Assembly (NCBI RefSeq): GCF_026571515.1
Contig: NW_026851951.1
Location: forward strand, 62,001 to 116,421
Direction of reading: 5' to 3'
Length of the DNA: 54,421 nucleotides
From: Ruditapes philippinarum
Taxonomy: Eukaryota
In this document: piece after piece, positions 37,003 through 50,800 of the stretch
How the letters are laid out: every line of letters begins with the position of its first letter
Numbering within the stretch: the stretch's first letter is position 1
Program-made: the position numbers and the translations under genes
Notes under the pieces: model-generated
Told to the model about the DNA's origin: nothing
Databases searched by the model: none
The model's input: only the letters and a program-made list of their open reading frames with translations

Positions 37003-37177
37003 TGTGCTGAAAGAGGAAACGAGATGTTAAAATGTATAGCATGTAAATTCACATATTCAGGATATTGCCATATCATTCCGCAGCTATTGCATAATAAATA
37101 AATATACTGTATTAGGTTTTTAATGAAAATATGAGTTCCGTTATGGACAAAACGATTCAGTATGAAGGTGAATTATT

Positions 37178-37357
37178 GTGAATCTGACGACCCCGTTCGA
37201 TTCGAGGACGGTGCAGGTCACTTCCGTTTTGATTGATCATGAAATCCTTTCTACGGTCATTCGCACTGTATCTCTGATCTGGCATGTACAGAAGTTTCAG
37301 TTCCTTGTGAAAGTGGAGGCAACAAGTACTGGCAAACGATGCGGTCTGGCAAATTCA
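37178..37357 (+). mobile_element. 5'-truncated paralogous copy of the MetaSINE-like element
   Basis: Aligns to 13297-13476 and lacks the A-box part. Confidence 0.7.
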
Positions 37358-39245
37358 TTGTGGCTTACTGCCGTGATCCGGAGTGTAAACTACTAACCTA
37401 TCACTCCACCACCTCTCTGTTGTGAGTATTAATTTCATGTGTTTCGTAGTATAGCATGAGATAATTGTCTTCTCGAAACGTGCAAAGCATTTTGATTTGT
37501 GGTGTTTTATTGAAGGGGATTTTTCTGAACTTTCGATACTTTATTTCTTATCACACATATAATTTGAGTAGGCCTTTTCTTTAAATACATAAGTTTTAAA
37601 GGCTTTTTATCAGGTAAGAGATTTATAAAAGGTTGATGCAAGATGTAATTTTTACTTCATAAAATGCGTTTCCTTTCTTTAAAATATAATAATACATGTA
37701 TAAGTAACGCACATTTTTTGTATAAATATGTTGCGCTACATTTAAAATGGTTTTACCATCTACCAGCAAAGAATGAGGCCCGACGACATTTAATATCTAC
37801 CCATATATGTTTTGGAACGTTAAATATTTTTCCGACCGAGGTATATGGTATCTTCATTGCAATATCAGAGCAAGTAGATGTATAAAGCTGACATGTCATC
37901 AGTTGTATTTGTATTAAATCTAGAAATGTATTCATATTGTGACTTTTAAAACTCAAAACATGTTCATATCCTGAATAAACTTCTTGTTTGGTATTGCATA
38001 AATGAATTAAGCATTTTATTTGGAACGTTTAAGTTAAGAAAAAACTATTATTTCGGTTCCGATATAAGTGATCAATTCTTTAAAGATACACCGGTTTCTT
38101 TATGCATTATATTTGTTCCTTTATAAATTTCTCGTTTTCGGTATAACTAAATTGATTTCTTTCTAAATAAACTGTTTTTATTATGAAAATATTGATCATA
38201 CTTTCTTATAACATTGTGTTTATTCAAATTGATATTTAATAGGTTGGTATTCACAGTATGAAACTTTACAAAACGAAAAGCATGGATACAATTGGAACAC
38301 TAGGGAATTTTTTACGTATTGACTACGTCACTTCAGATGTAAACACAAACAACAATGAACAAGGATACAATCTTTTGTATGTATCTGTATGACATCTAAC
38401 AGAAAACGAAGTCAAATTCGATAAAATAGTGATCGAAAAATATGTTTGACAGAATATATTAAAGAATGTCTCTTGTCAATCAATTATAACCAAATTCGAA
38501 ATATCGTCAACTGTTCGTACTTTAGTTTTCTAAAAACACATAATGTTCTTGATGCTTGTATATATCTATAAACTTTAAGGTAGACGATAACATAAATGAA
38601 ACAAAATCAGTTAAAAAAGGTCTGTTCAAGGTTCAAAATTGCAAATTAGTCCTAATTATTATAAATCCTAAGCGTAAATCAGGGCAAATAACGGACCTCC
38701 GAAAATTAATTAGTCTCAAGCAAAACTGTTATTTTGAACATTGATTTTGTACCAAAATAGTACCGTCAATTACACTACACTACCTTAAATTTATTCAAAT
38801 CAGTTTGCATTTTATTCAAGGTCCAATAATAAACTGACATCTGATCGGTTAATACTTTACAGCAGGTGATGATTATTCGATATGAATAAGATATAACGTT
38901 TCAGTTTAAGTCAAAGATAATCCATTTAAAGATATTTATAATTTAGCCGATAGTTAAAGTTTAATACTGAATTTAATATTGAACCAGTTCGGTTTTAAGT
39001 TTATGCTATTACTTTTATTAAGATTTTATCACTTAGCTCTTTTACCTACCCTTTTATAAAGAATAAAATAAATTTTCAAAAGTAAAAAATACTAATTTAA
39101 AAGATAAAAATTTAAAATTATTTAAAAAGATATTTAAAAATTATCTTAAAATTATTTTTAAATTGATTAAAAATATATTTTTTTGTATGAAGGATTAAAT
39201 AATTTTGGTGTGGCACACAAGAAAAAACAAACCCAAAATCGAAAA

Positions 39246-40165
39246 TAATATATAAATAACACATGCGTAGCCTCGGGTAACAGTATTTTCCTCAGGATGA
39301 TATTTTTACTGTTACCCACAAACCTATGTGTTATTTATTTTATTACCCCGAACAAATACTGTGATGATCTGAATTTGTAAACTAAATCTAACTGTAACAA
39401 AAATAAACCAAGAGTAGCAATAACTAAACTGTCCTTACCTTGCAAGTTTTAAGTTTACTGTAGGCCTACTTGAGAAGCTGTTTTTTTTTTTGTTTTGTTT
39501 TTTAATTCTTTACGCAAGTGATGATATCTACCAGTCATAAACATACAATCAGCTGTGTTTTATTTAGAAAACAAAACATTTAACCCATTTATAAGGTTAT
39601 AATCTGTGAAATCTGATCCTTCTGTATCCAGAATATTCTTCGCATGGTTTTTGACAAAGGACATTTATAAAATAACGATGAAATCCTACAGATGTCTGTC
39701 CACCAACTCTATCGGTAACGTTTCACTGGTTAAAATTGTTAATACTTGCTTTAATCGTCTGCATGTTCCAGTTTGACACAAAATTATTCACATTACAATT
39801 ACTTCCGTTGAAAACGGATGTTTACTTTTTGACTATTCAACAAAAAGATAATATTATACGCGAAAAGAACTCTAGGGTGCAAAGAACTAAATTTTATGAG
39901 AGTCATAGTTACTTTGGTGATGCCCTAGGCCCTATCGTCGAAAATAAGAATGAGTCGAGAGAAAAATGGCGGCCATTTTATTTCATTTTATTTAGAAAAT
40001 AGACCACGTGACCAGATTTGATACTGTTAAAAAAATACTTTTACCTATGTAACAGTACAAAATTCTTAGTCACGTGGTACACTTGCATTAACAGTAAGAA
40101 TAACTCCCAGAGGCCTATGGGAAATTAACATTACGAAAAAAGTGAGGGGTAATAATACATACTGT
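39246..40165. mobile_element. Non-autonomous DNA element specific to unit 2 (possibly CryptonV-like)
   Basis: Interrupts aaaatcgaaaa|ccgctaaagccc, which is contiguous in unit 1 (~15165). Contains gcctcgggtaacagtat...ttattacccc and ends gaggggtaataa. Related copy at ~53000-53265. Confidence 0.62.
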
Positions 40166-42304
40166 ACCGCTAAAGCCCGTGGTGACTAGAAGCATTATTC
40201 TATAATATCAATAAGTGAATGTCAAGATAAACAAGTCCATAGCAACTTAAACGTGCGTAATACTAGTAACTAAAACCCAGTTAGCATTTAGTGCCAGAAA
40301 ACCAACCGTTGAATCGTAATTATTAAATATATCTTTGATGTGTATATGAAATGTAGTACAATTCAGAAATGAATAATGCAAAAAGTTTCAACGACATTAG
40401 GTTACAAATAATTGTCCAAATATCTGGTGTCTGGTCTGTTTCCGAAAATAACTTTCGACAAAATTACGGGCATGCATTTTCAAAAGATACACATATATGT
40501 TATTTTAACTTTACGAGGCCGATCATCGGCTATCGCGCTAAATGTTTATTTACTTACATAAAACTGAAAAATTGAAAAAATATCAAATTTAAGAGAATTA
40601 AAACGTACCTGTTTGTTACGATCTCAAAACGCCGATTGATTTTTACACCGTCTTGAACGTCGATTGAGGTGATATCGATTTTAACAGAACAAGGAAGTCC
40701 TTCATTATTGCAGGTTACCTTTAAACAATAAATTATTAACAATGATCAATATGACAACCACGTGCCGTTGTTGCATTTTTTTTTCTTTTTCTTGGTTTTT
40801 ATGCATGACACAGGGTACAGTGTAAAAAAACATCTTACCATAATACTGCCATTACGGCCCACGGTAGTTTTGTTATCAATACTTGCGAATGACATTGCAC
40901 TCGTGCACTATTACGTCACAATCAATGGCCTCTTAATACGAAATACAGATATCGAAACGCGGAATTGCGGATTTAAACAAATTCTTTAATGCCAGAATAA
41001 CACTTATGTACCTTTCTTTCGTGCATTAATATCTACATATGTCCCCGGAGTTATTACATCCCTCGCCCTATTTGCTTCGTTTATAAATGCACCCTCATGC
41101 TTCTGTAGATGCTCATGTACAACAAAAAGTTGCAATAACCCTCTATAATTGCAGAAATGGAAGATTTGCTGAAGCATTGCATTGTCGATGGGATTTTTTA
41201 TTGTTTTATATTAATTTGCTGAGGACAATTATTCGTATACGTGGGCGGTTAAGTTGTCATGAGCCTTTGCGCATGCACAATTTGTGGTTTGTTTTTATCA
41301 CGTTGCTTTAAATGTAATCCTGGGCCATTTCAACAAACGTAAAGTAAAATGAGATGAAATTATTTAATGAAATCATTTGCTGAAGATGAATGCTCCCCTG
41401 TGTTTATAGGAATAAACCAAACAATTTCTGATATAGGATCATCATCATTATCAACACCACCACAACCATCAACAATATTATCAGCAGCAGCAGAGTAATC
41501 GTCGTCATTATCAACATCATCATCATCATTCACAAGATCTGAATCAATGATTTCTGATTTTAACTCTTTCGCATTGATACATTGTGTATCATTTACGACT
41601 GTATTAATCTTCTAACTTGCACCTTTGCGCCTTTGAAACATGATAAGCATTTGAGACATTGTCATTATTAATCTTAGCACGCACTTGCCTAAGCAGATGT
41701 TTGCTTTCAACTCTTGTAACATGGATTTATGATGCGGAATGTGACGAATAGACCATTAAACAATTTAAAGTGATGGTGCATTTATTATCAGAATCATTGT
41801 ATCAGAGTTCTTATTTAGAGTATAAATATCACACTTATTGAGGTTCCCTTTACTTTACTTTTGGCATATTGTTTTGTGTATTGTATAGAAATGCAAATGT
41901 ATATATGATATTATAACGCGGTATTATGCATGTCACACAATATCTTTACATTAAATATTTCTTTGTACCTCATGGCTTATTTGCATATGATTAATAACAT
42001 ATCTTTACAAAATGCACATAGAGGGCAAGTTATGTCGTGCATTTTAATTAAGGCGTAAGTCACGTTTCGGAAGAATATAAAGGACATATAATTGAAAATT
42101 TTGTATGCGAAACATGAACAACCATCTGACACATATTCCATATGTATTACTTAGTTCACGTGTTATGCTATATTTATATGTGTACAATATATCATAACTT
42201 TCCTACTTTATTTTGACGCTCATGCCTACTAAATTATGATGATCGAAAAGAAAAGGGAAAGCTGACTGTGGAGATAATATAACACGGTTGCATTTTTTAA
42301 AGCT

Positions 42305-42900
42305 GGAAAATTAGGACCATACTACATATGACTGGCCATTTAGGACCCAGTACGTATAACTGGTAATTTAAAACTCAAGTATGGATAACTTGGAACGTGG
42401 ATCTCAGTATGCATAACTAGTAATTAGGACCTCACTATGAATAAAAGGTAATTTCGGACCCCAGTATGAATGATTCATAATTTTAGGACCCCAGTATTTG
42501 TTACTGTAAATTTAGGACCCAAGTTTGTATAACTAGTACCTTAGGACCTCAGTATGCATAACTAGTAATAGGAAACACTGTGTATATAATTTGTAATGAT
42601 AGACCGCTGTATGTATTACTGGTAATTCAGGACCCAAGAATGTTTAACTGATAATTTAGGTCCTCAGTATGTATAAGTAATTCAGAACCCCAGTACGTAT
42701 GTTTTACAGATTATTTAATATTCAACAAGTGAAAATTAAGGAAAACAGTATGCATTACTTGAAATTATGACTTGTAATTTAGGACTAAACTATGTTTTAC
42801 TGATAATTAAGAACCCTATTATGTATAACTGATAATTTAGGAACAAAATTTGAATAATTGGCGATTTAGGACCGGAATATGTTTAACTGGTGTTTAGAAC
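42305..42900. repeat. Degenerate ~30-bp tandem repeat (aatttaggacccagtatgtataactggt-like)
   Basis: ttaggacc..agtatg.ataact recurs about every 30 bp. Confidence 0.85.
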
Positions 42901-45486
42901 CTCAACTTTTCTTTTCATCCTTCCGCGTTAACAAGCTTCGGTACATAAGCAACTTTAAAAAGTAAAATTATCGTGTAGTCAATACATGTTTGCAAACTTT
43001 GAAATAAAAATTCCAATATTTCACCAAAGTAAGTACACAGAATTTCCAAATAACCAAATGCACACTTTCTTTTGCCATGGAGTATGCAACTCTTTTATAA
43101 AGTCAAAAAATATGTATATAATGTATTATCCTCCTGCATTATTGGATAAAAAATACTAATACATTTTTGGACACTTACTGCATTCCTCACGTTATTAAAT
43201 CTACAACTTTATGATTACAATCTTTGTTTTATAGCAATCATGTTAATGAGTACAAGTAATAATGTTTCCAGATGAAGTATATCGAGATTTTGCTCCTTCT
43301 ATTATGTTTTATAGTGATAATTAAATTTTGATTTGCTTCTAGATTAAGAGCGTTTGCCCTTTGTTTAGAATTGTTTTGCTTTTATATACGCTAATTAGCG
43401 TGTTTTCGTTCCGTGCCCCCACCATTTTATCTTGTTAATTCTGGAATTTTCGTTTGGCGGGGTCGCGGGGCGAAAAAATATAAATTATTAAAAAATATAA
43501 AAAAATATATAAAAAATACTGATGCCATTTCTATTTATTGTACTTTGCAATCAGTCATTCACAAACTTGCTTATACGGCCTTGCAAATCATTTCATGTCA
43601 TTATTTGATCAATAGAGTTCAAAAAGAAGTTAAGATATAGGACACAATTTAACAAATGATATATAGATTTTCCGAAACAATACTCATAAAATACAGGGAA
43701 TAGATAATGAAAAAAACCGCTAGTCTCATTATTAGAGCGATGCATGAGTATTTAATTTATTGGGTAAATATATTAAGAATTGTTGGTTTCAATTAGATTT
43801 ACAATCAATTATGGCAATTATTTACAAACGTCTTTATATTAAGCTTTAATAGGGTTTATTGGACAATTTAAAGTCTTCAAAGGAACTCTTCCGAGTAAAT
43901 AAAAAAGAAGAGGAAAAAAAGTTAACTTTGATAATACGAGTAACTGTCAAATCACGTCACAATACAATGACGACAATATAGAAAATAAAAGAAAATGAAT
44001 AGTATTTCCTTATTCAATTCTATAACAATTAATCTGATAATATATTAATTGAGTGATGATTCCTTGTACGTGACATGTTTTAGTGCCTTATATCGTTTAA
44101 ATATCAAAAAGCAATATCACAACACACGCGACAAGGTCATCATAAGGCACGAAGCTAATAAAATAATACCACAATTGTCACTTAGAATACGTTCCAAGAC
44201 TCGCTGTCCATCTTTCTTTGCCTAACATATTAAAAGCGTTACCTACCCTATACCATTTGAACCATACATCGTTTTTGGACACGGGAAATTTATTAACAAT
44301 AAGATTTGATTGAATTCTATTAAATGCAATTAAATGAACGCTTCAACAATGAAAAATACAATTTTACCTTATGAATAAAAACTTATATTCTTTGAATAGA
44401 TGAGAAGGAACATAGAATATCTATCAAAATAATGTTTTCTGTATTCTTTGCTATTTTATACGTATGCATGGTTAATTATTAAACATCTCGGGGCATTTGA
44501 ATGCTTAGTGAATTCAATTCATGCAAGAGTACTTACCAACAAAACATTCGAGCTAAATTGTGATCAGTTAATGATATGGGTAGCAAAATTAATCAACTTT
44601 ACAACTTTACTGCATATTTCAAATACAAGTTACATGTCTAGCTATTTAATGGAGGACACATCATGTCTCAGAAATGAATAAATTTGATTTTTCTTTAAAA
44701 AAATAATGAGTTTTACAACATTTAAATAATTGTTTTGAGAGTATATTTGATGCTTGTTAATGCAGCACAGGTAATGACTATTTTAACATAATAAAAATGT
44801 AAACAAAATAGGAAAAAAGAGTAATATATTTATTTTCTCAAAAAAAGTCATTTGATATATATCATATAGGGGTGGTCGCTATACGTTTCCGTAGTGATGA
44901 TATCTTGATTTGTTTGTTATAATGTCTGTTATAATGCACACCTAGGCAACATTTACAAATTTTAGTTTCTTAAGATTTATGTGTTTTGTGGCAGTTTTTA
45001 CAATGGTTTTGTATCTTTTACTACATACAATTGCTAAATTAAATATGATATGAAACTCTTCCTTTCTGAGACAATTTTGAGCTAACTGACTGACCTTGTT
45101 GGTATTAATTTATACAAGTGTTGTTTAACGCTGGATTTTGTTATGCCATTGAAAAGTTAAGTGATCAAAACTTTGTATCAAATATTTAAAAATGTAGTAT
45201 TGTCAATAGGTCTCTGTGTTAGTTAAACAGGACAGAACTTTGTTAGTTAAAAAAGTGAAAAGTTATGCTTAACTTGTTATCCAAAAGGAAGTCTTAGAGT
45301 GAAATATTTCTTTTCTTATTAACTATATGTTAGTATTTTATTATATTTTAAGTATTGAAAAGTATCTCAATAAATCCGTTTAGATTGGTTTCTGCAAGTA
45401 AATGGTATGTAATTTATCAAATATGTAAATTTTAATGTGATATGTAAAAATGAACATCTTTTTATGGCGACTTTTTACCTTTACTG

Positions 45487-46587
45487 GTGAACGAAGAACT
45501 CATGTACCCTTCATCATATTTTAGGCATTCGCGGACTACAATGGAATATAGAAGTGTGTTGTCTTTGAAGATGCAGCATAGACGTTCATATTTAGAATTT
45601 AGAACTCCAGATTTCAACAAAAAACGTAATATTATTGAAACAATTAGTCCATCTGATGGACCTCAAGGTGACCATGCCAATTCACCGTACCCCACCCGCA
45701 GAAAAGAATATACATCTCCTGAGGTACCATCCCATGTTAACTCTGAACATCAAGACAAAGATATTAATCTTGCAGAACTAGTTAAATCTGCTATTTGTAG
45801 CACAGATGTTATGGAAGCAATTTCAGATGCATTGGTACCAACACTTACTGTTGTTTTTGAGTCGATGCTTCGACCCATAAATGAAAAAGTTGATGCCCAA
45901 AACAAACATATTTCAGAGATGACAACTCAATTAAATGATCAAAATCAGCTTGTTTCAAAAGTCCAAAACGAAAATCAAAAGCTTGCAATAGATCTACAAA
46001 ATGCAGAAGAGCGAATCGAATCTCTTGAACGAAGCCTTGACGACATAGAACAGTACGGGAGAAGAACATCACTTCGTTTCCATCGTGTCAATATTAACTC
46101 ACCCGAAATGTATGAGACGACAGAGGCTAATATTGATAAAACAAATGGTGTAAATAACAAAAAGCAACCAGAGAATCTTAAAATTAATACTGATGAGATA
46201 GTTGTGAATATTTGCAACAACATAATGAAAGTTGACCCGCCTTTAAGTGTAAACGATATTGAACGCTCCCACACAATTGGTCCTGTGAAAGATGGTTATT
46301 CACAAATTCTTTGCAAATTCAAAGCATGGAAAACTAAACATCATGTGTACATGAACAAATCAAACATTAAAAAACATAATGGAACCAAAGTCAATGTTTT
46401 CATTACAGAGGATCTAACAAGAAAGAGGCAGTTCCTCGTTCAGCAGCTTGAATTTGCCAGAAAATCCAGCAAAATCGATAGTTTTTGGACCAGCGACGGT
46501 CGTATTCTTTATAAATCTACTCCTACAAGCAAGGTTAAATCCATAAGAGACGTGAATGACATCGATCACTTATTACCTGACAATTAA
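45487..46587 (+). CDS. LINE ORF1p (coiled coil + L1/CR1-type RRM-CTD); the true start is probably a downstream ATG
   Basis: Heptad-rich region followed by IEQYGRRTSLRF, DIERSHTIG, ILCKF, FITEDLT and FWTSDGRI motifs typical of invertebrate ORF1p. Confidence 0.85.
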   Translation: MNEELMYPSSYFRHSRTTMEYRSVLSLKMQHRRSYLEFRTPDFNKKRNIIETISPSDGPQGDHANSPYPTRRKEYTSPEVPSHVNSEHQDKDINLAELVKSAICSTDVMEAISDALVPTLTVVFESMLRPINEKVDAQNKHISEMTTQLNDQNQLVSKVQNENQKLAIDLQNAEERIESLERSLDDIEQYGRRTSLRFHRVNINSPEMYETTEANIDKTNGVNNKKQPENLKINTDEIVVNICNNIMKVDPPLSVNDIERSHTIGPVKDGYSQILCKFKAWKTKHHVYMNKSNIKKHNGTKVNVFITEDLTRKRQFLVQQLEFARKSSKIDSFWTSDGRILYKSTPTSKVKSIRDVNDIDHLLPDN

Positions 46588-47802
46588 TGATCTCTGACAA
46601 TAGGATGATCAGTGATTATGAACTATATTTCGCTTTTCAACAAATACATCTAGAAATTATGTATATATTTATGTATGTATATTGTGTCTAATTTTTCAAA
46701 ATGCACACATATTGAAATCAATATATCATTCAGTGATTATATACACTTTGACCTTGACCTTTATGTTTACATATTATATATATTTATATATATACATGTA
46801 TAATTTTTTGAAAGTCTTACCTGTTGAATTACATTCCTCTGTAAATCCAGTATTCTATTTAAAGAATTCTTCGTTCTTATTAAATCACTATAGTTTTTTG
46901 ACAACAGTAAAATCCCTTTTGTAAATTCCTATGTAATATTTTTTCACAAGCATCTTTATAACACATGTAACCTCATAACAATTAATTTTAATCCATACAC
47001 GAAATGCTGGAGTGTAAATGTTTTCTTTCTTTAAAGGAAGATACTCATTGTAATCTCGAATCGAAGCATAACTTGTTGCATTTTCCAAAAAAAAATATAT
47101 AAATCTGATCAATATTTTTGAAAGATCAATTTTGTTAATTATATTTAAACAAAGTTAATCGTTCTAATGTCGCGGATAAGTTTGAAAATGGCGCTAATCC
47201 AGTATATTGTCACATTTTTTACACATTTCGGTTGATGCAATGCATTTTCCTATTGTATTCAATCTTTATTTGTTTTTTTTTTTTTGTTTTTTTTTTTTTT
47301 TTTGCAACAACAATTAAATGTATTTTTTCATCCATAACTTCATGTACAAAAATAATAAATGTATACATTTTGTAGTTATACTTTGTAAATATGTCAAGTT
47401 TACTTTTTTGTACCATAGGTTATTGAATAAATTTAGGTCGCGTACCTTTAGAAATGTTTAGGGCACGTTTTTTCCGTTTTCCCCCGTTTTTATGTATCTC
47501 TTCTGCAAATTTAATCAATTGTCATATAACAGTAAGTTTGTGTTTTTACATGATAGTAAAGCATGATTTATCTCAGTTAATACGAGTCGCTTTTCTTACC
47601 CGTTATGTTACAGATATCGCTATGATAATTTTCATAACCACACTTTTTACTTGTTACTTTTTAAAATCTATTCTTATTATGCGATTCATATTTCTACAGG
47701 TTGCCATATTTTCCGATCCATGTATGTTAACTGTCGTTAATGTTTATATAATATTTCAGTCGCCACTCGTCAAATTTATTGTTGTATGTATGTGTTACCC
47801 AA

Positions 47803-50800
47803 ATAGGTAATAGTTTAAATGAATGGCGGGTGGCGATAGGATTGTTTTATAACGGTTTGCAGGGCTATATGAAAATGTGTAAATTATATATGTATTCACC
47901 AAGAAAACTAGTTTTAGGCAATTTTAAGCAAATAGCTTTACTATACGTTTATATGATTGTATTTACCTGTTTGTACAGATCAGTATGTGATGAGAAATCA
48001 TTCAGTTTTGGAAACTTTCAGGGTTGTGATTCCAATTTTGACTTAAACTGTCTAATTTTTATAATGGGCACTATCATGTTACAATTACTGATAATTAGTG
48101 GAGACGTTGAAAGTAATCCCGGTCCTAACAGTGAATCGCAACTTAATTGTTTATCAATATACAGTCAAAATATTAGAGGCTTGCGTAACAAAATTTCACA
48201 CATACTTTGTTTTACGGAAACTCATCTTGATAGTTCAGTATCCGATAATAGTTTAAAAATAGACAATTATTCTTTTTATAGAAAAGATGTCTCGTGTCAT
48301 TCTGGGGGAATTCTGATATATGTGTCCGATGAAGTAATCTCTAAGCATAAATATGAACTTGAATTTTATCTAAATGATTGTCTTTGGGTCGAACTTAGAC
48401 ACAAAAATGAAAATATCTTACTTTGTACTGTTTATAGGCAGCCGAGTGGTCCTACTTCTTTTTGGTTAGAACTAAGTAATAGCGTTGAAAAAGCTTTTGA
48501 AATCAGTGAAAGAATAATTATTGTAGGTGACATTAATGAAGACCAGCTTAATAGAAATAATCACAAATTTAGAGACATTCTTCTGATTAATGACCTGAAA
48601 AATGAAATTAATGAACCAACTCGTGTTACAGTAAACTCTTCAACTCTTCTAGATCCGATCGCAGTTTCCTCTTCTATAAGCATATATAATTCGGGTATTT
48701 CATGTACACCAAACAACATAAGTGACCACTACGGGACTTACATTTTTATCAAATTCGAAAAAGAGACTTTTAAATCATACAAACGTCGAGTTTGGAATTA
48801 CAAAAGAGCGGATTTCGACAAACTTAATAACCTAATTCTTAATCATGATTTGGTTTTTCTTTTGTCACGTTCTGTAGATGATGCTTGCGAAAATTTTACA
48901 TCAGGACTTACTGAATTAGTAAAACAATGCATACCAACTAATTATGTAACTATTCGTCAATATGATCGACCTTGGTACGACTCGCTATTAGAACTAAATC
49001 TGTTAATGACTGGAGCCGATTCAAGCATTTACGCAATAAAGTTAATAATTTAAAAAAACACGCTAAAGAATTATTTTATAGTAACCTTGAATTTTCATTA
49101 GAGGAAGCCAAATCAGATAACCCGAAATTTTATTGGAAAACCGTTAAAATGTTAATTAAAAATAATAACGATCAATGTCATTGTAATAACATTCCAGTTT
49201 TATTTTCTGAAGTTAATGACGCTGAAATATGCTATTGCTCTAATAAGGAAAAAGCTGACTGTTTAAATGAATATTTTTATCTCAGTTCCTACCGTTGATG
49301 CATCAAATACCCAATTACCGCCTTTCTTTCCTAGAACGGAGAGCATATTACCCACTTTCACTATCCAATCACAAGAGGTAAAAGATATTCTTGCAAATTT
49401 AATTTTAAATAAAGCAACAGGGCCGGACAAAATTAGCCATCGAATTTTAAAAGAAACGCAAAACAGTATTTGTTATCCTCTTAGTGTACTTTTTAATAGA
49501 ACACTCAATGAAGGCTCATATCCCAGTTCCTGGAAACTTGCAAATGTTATGCCCCTTTTTAAAAAGGGTGACCCCCATATTCCCTCCAATTATAGACCTA
49601 TATCACTAATAAGCTGCAGTGGGAAAGTCATGGAAAGAATTGTATTTAGGAAATATATATAACCATTTGCATTGTAATAAATTGATATATCCGTTACAAT
49701 CAGGGTTTCTTCCGGGCCATTCGACAGTTTATCAACTAATCGACATGTATCATCAAATTTGCGAATCATTTGACAAAAAGCAATCTACTTGCATTGTATT
49801 TTGTGATATATCAAAAGCGTTCGATAGGGTGTGGCATTCGGGTTTACTTTTCAAACTGAAACAATATGGTATAAATAATGAACTTCTTACATGGATTGAA
49901 AATTATTTATCTAATCGTAAACAATCTGTTTTTGTTGGTCCTGAATGTTCGGAAGTGCTAAATATACCAGCGGGTGTCCCACAGGGCTCGGCCCTTGGTC
50001 CCCTTTTATTTCTTATATATGTGAACGATATTGCTGAAAATCTACTAAGCGTAACAAGACTTTTTGCTGACGATAGCTCTTTATCCGTTTCCTCTAACGA
50101 TCTAAATTACATTGAAAGTACTCTTAACTCCGACCTTGAAAAAATAAATAAATGGTCTAAACAATGGTTGATTAATTTTAACCCAAATAAAACAGAAGTT
50201 ATGTTCTTCTCTCAAAATCATAGAATCAAACTCTCTCTAGATTTCGTGGATAATCACAAACATTTAGGATTAACTCTTTTTTGCGACTTGAAATGGCACG
50301 ATCATATTAATAATATTTCAGCTTCTGCGTCAAAAGTATTAGGCTCTATGCGTGCTTTAAAATTCCAACTTAAAAGATCTACTTTAAACCAGATTTATAT
50401 ATCTTATATGCGTCCGATACTTGAGTATGCCTCAATTGTTTGGGATGGATGTGCTGCATATGAAAAACAATCACTTGAGCAATTACAATACGAAGCCGCT
50501 AGAATTATTACGGGTGCAACTCGGTCAGTATCGATAGATTTTTTGGTCAAAGAAGTTGGCTGGGTCTCACTCTCTGATAGGCGAAAAATTCAAAAACTTG
50601 TAATTGTTTACAAAGCTAAAAACGGTTTACTACCGGACTATTTATCCTCTTTGTTTCCGCCTACTGTGTCAGAAATTTCTTCTTATACTTTGCGAAATAA
50701 TAACGACTATGTTACTATTGCTAGACGCACTCAGTTATATAATGCATCGTTTTTACCATCCTCGTTAGAATTATGGAATAACCTCGACCCAAATATACGA

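Larger units (their letters stand above)
22540..41074. repeat. Segmental duplication unit 2 (direct orientation)
   Basis: Shares the minisatellite, gene, introns, SINE and upstream sequence with unit 1, and has unit-specific insertions. Confidence 0.9.

Noticed and set aside
41430-41760. Asp-rich and Cys-containing coding remnant on the minus strand
   Set aside because: Mostly (CAT/CAG)n low-complexity sequence with stops; no family could be assigned.
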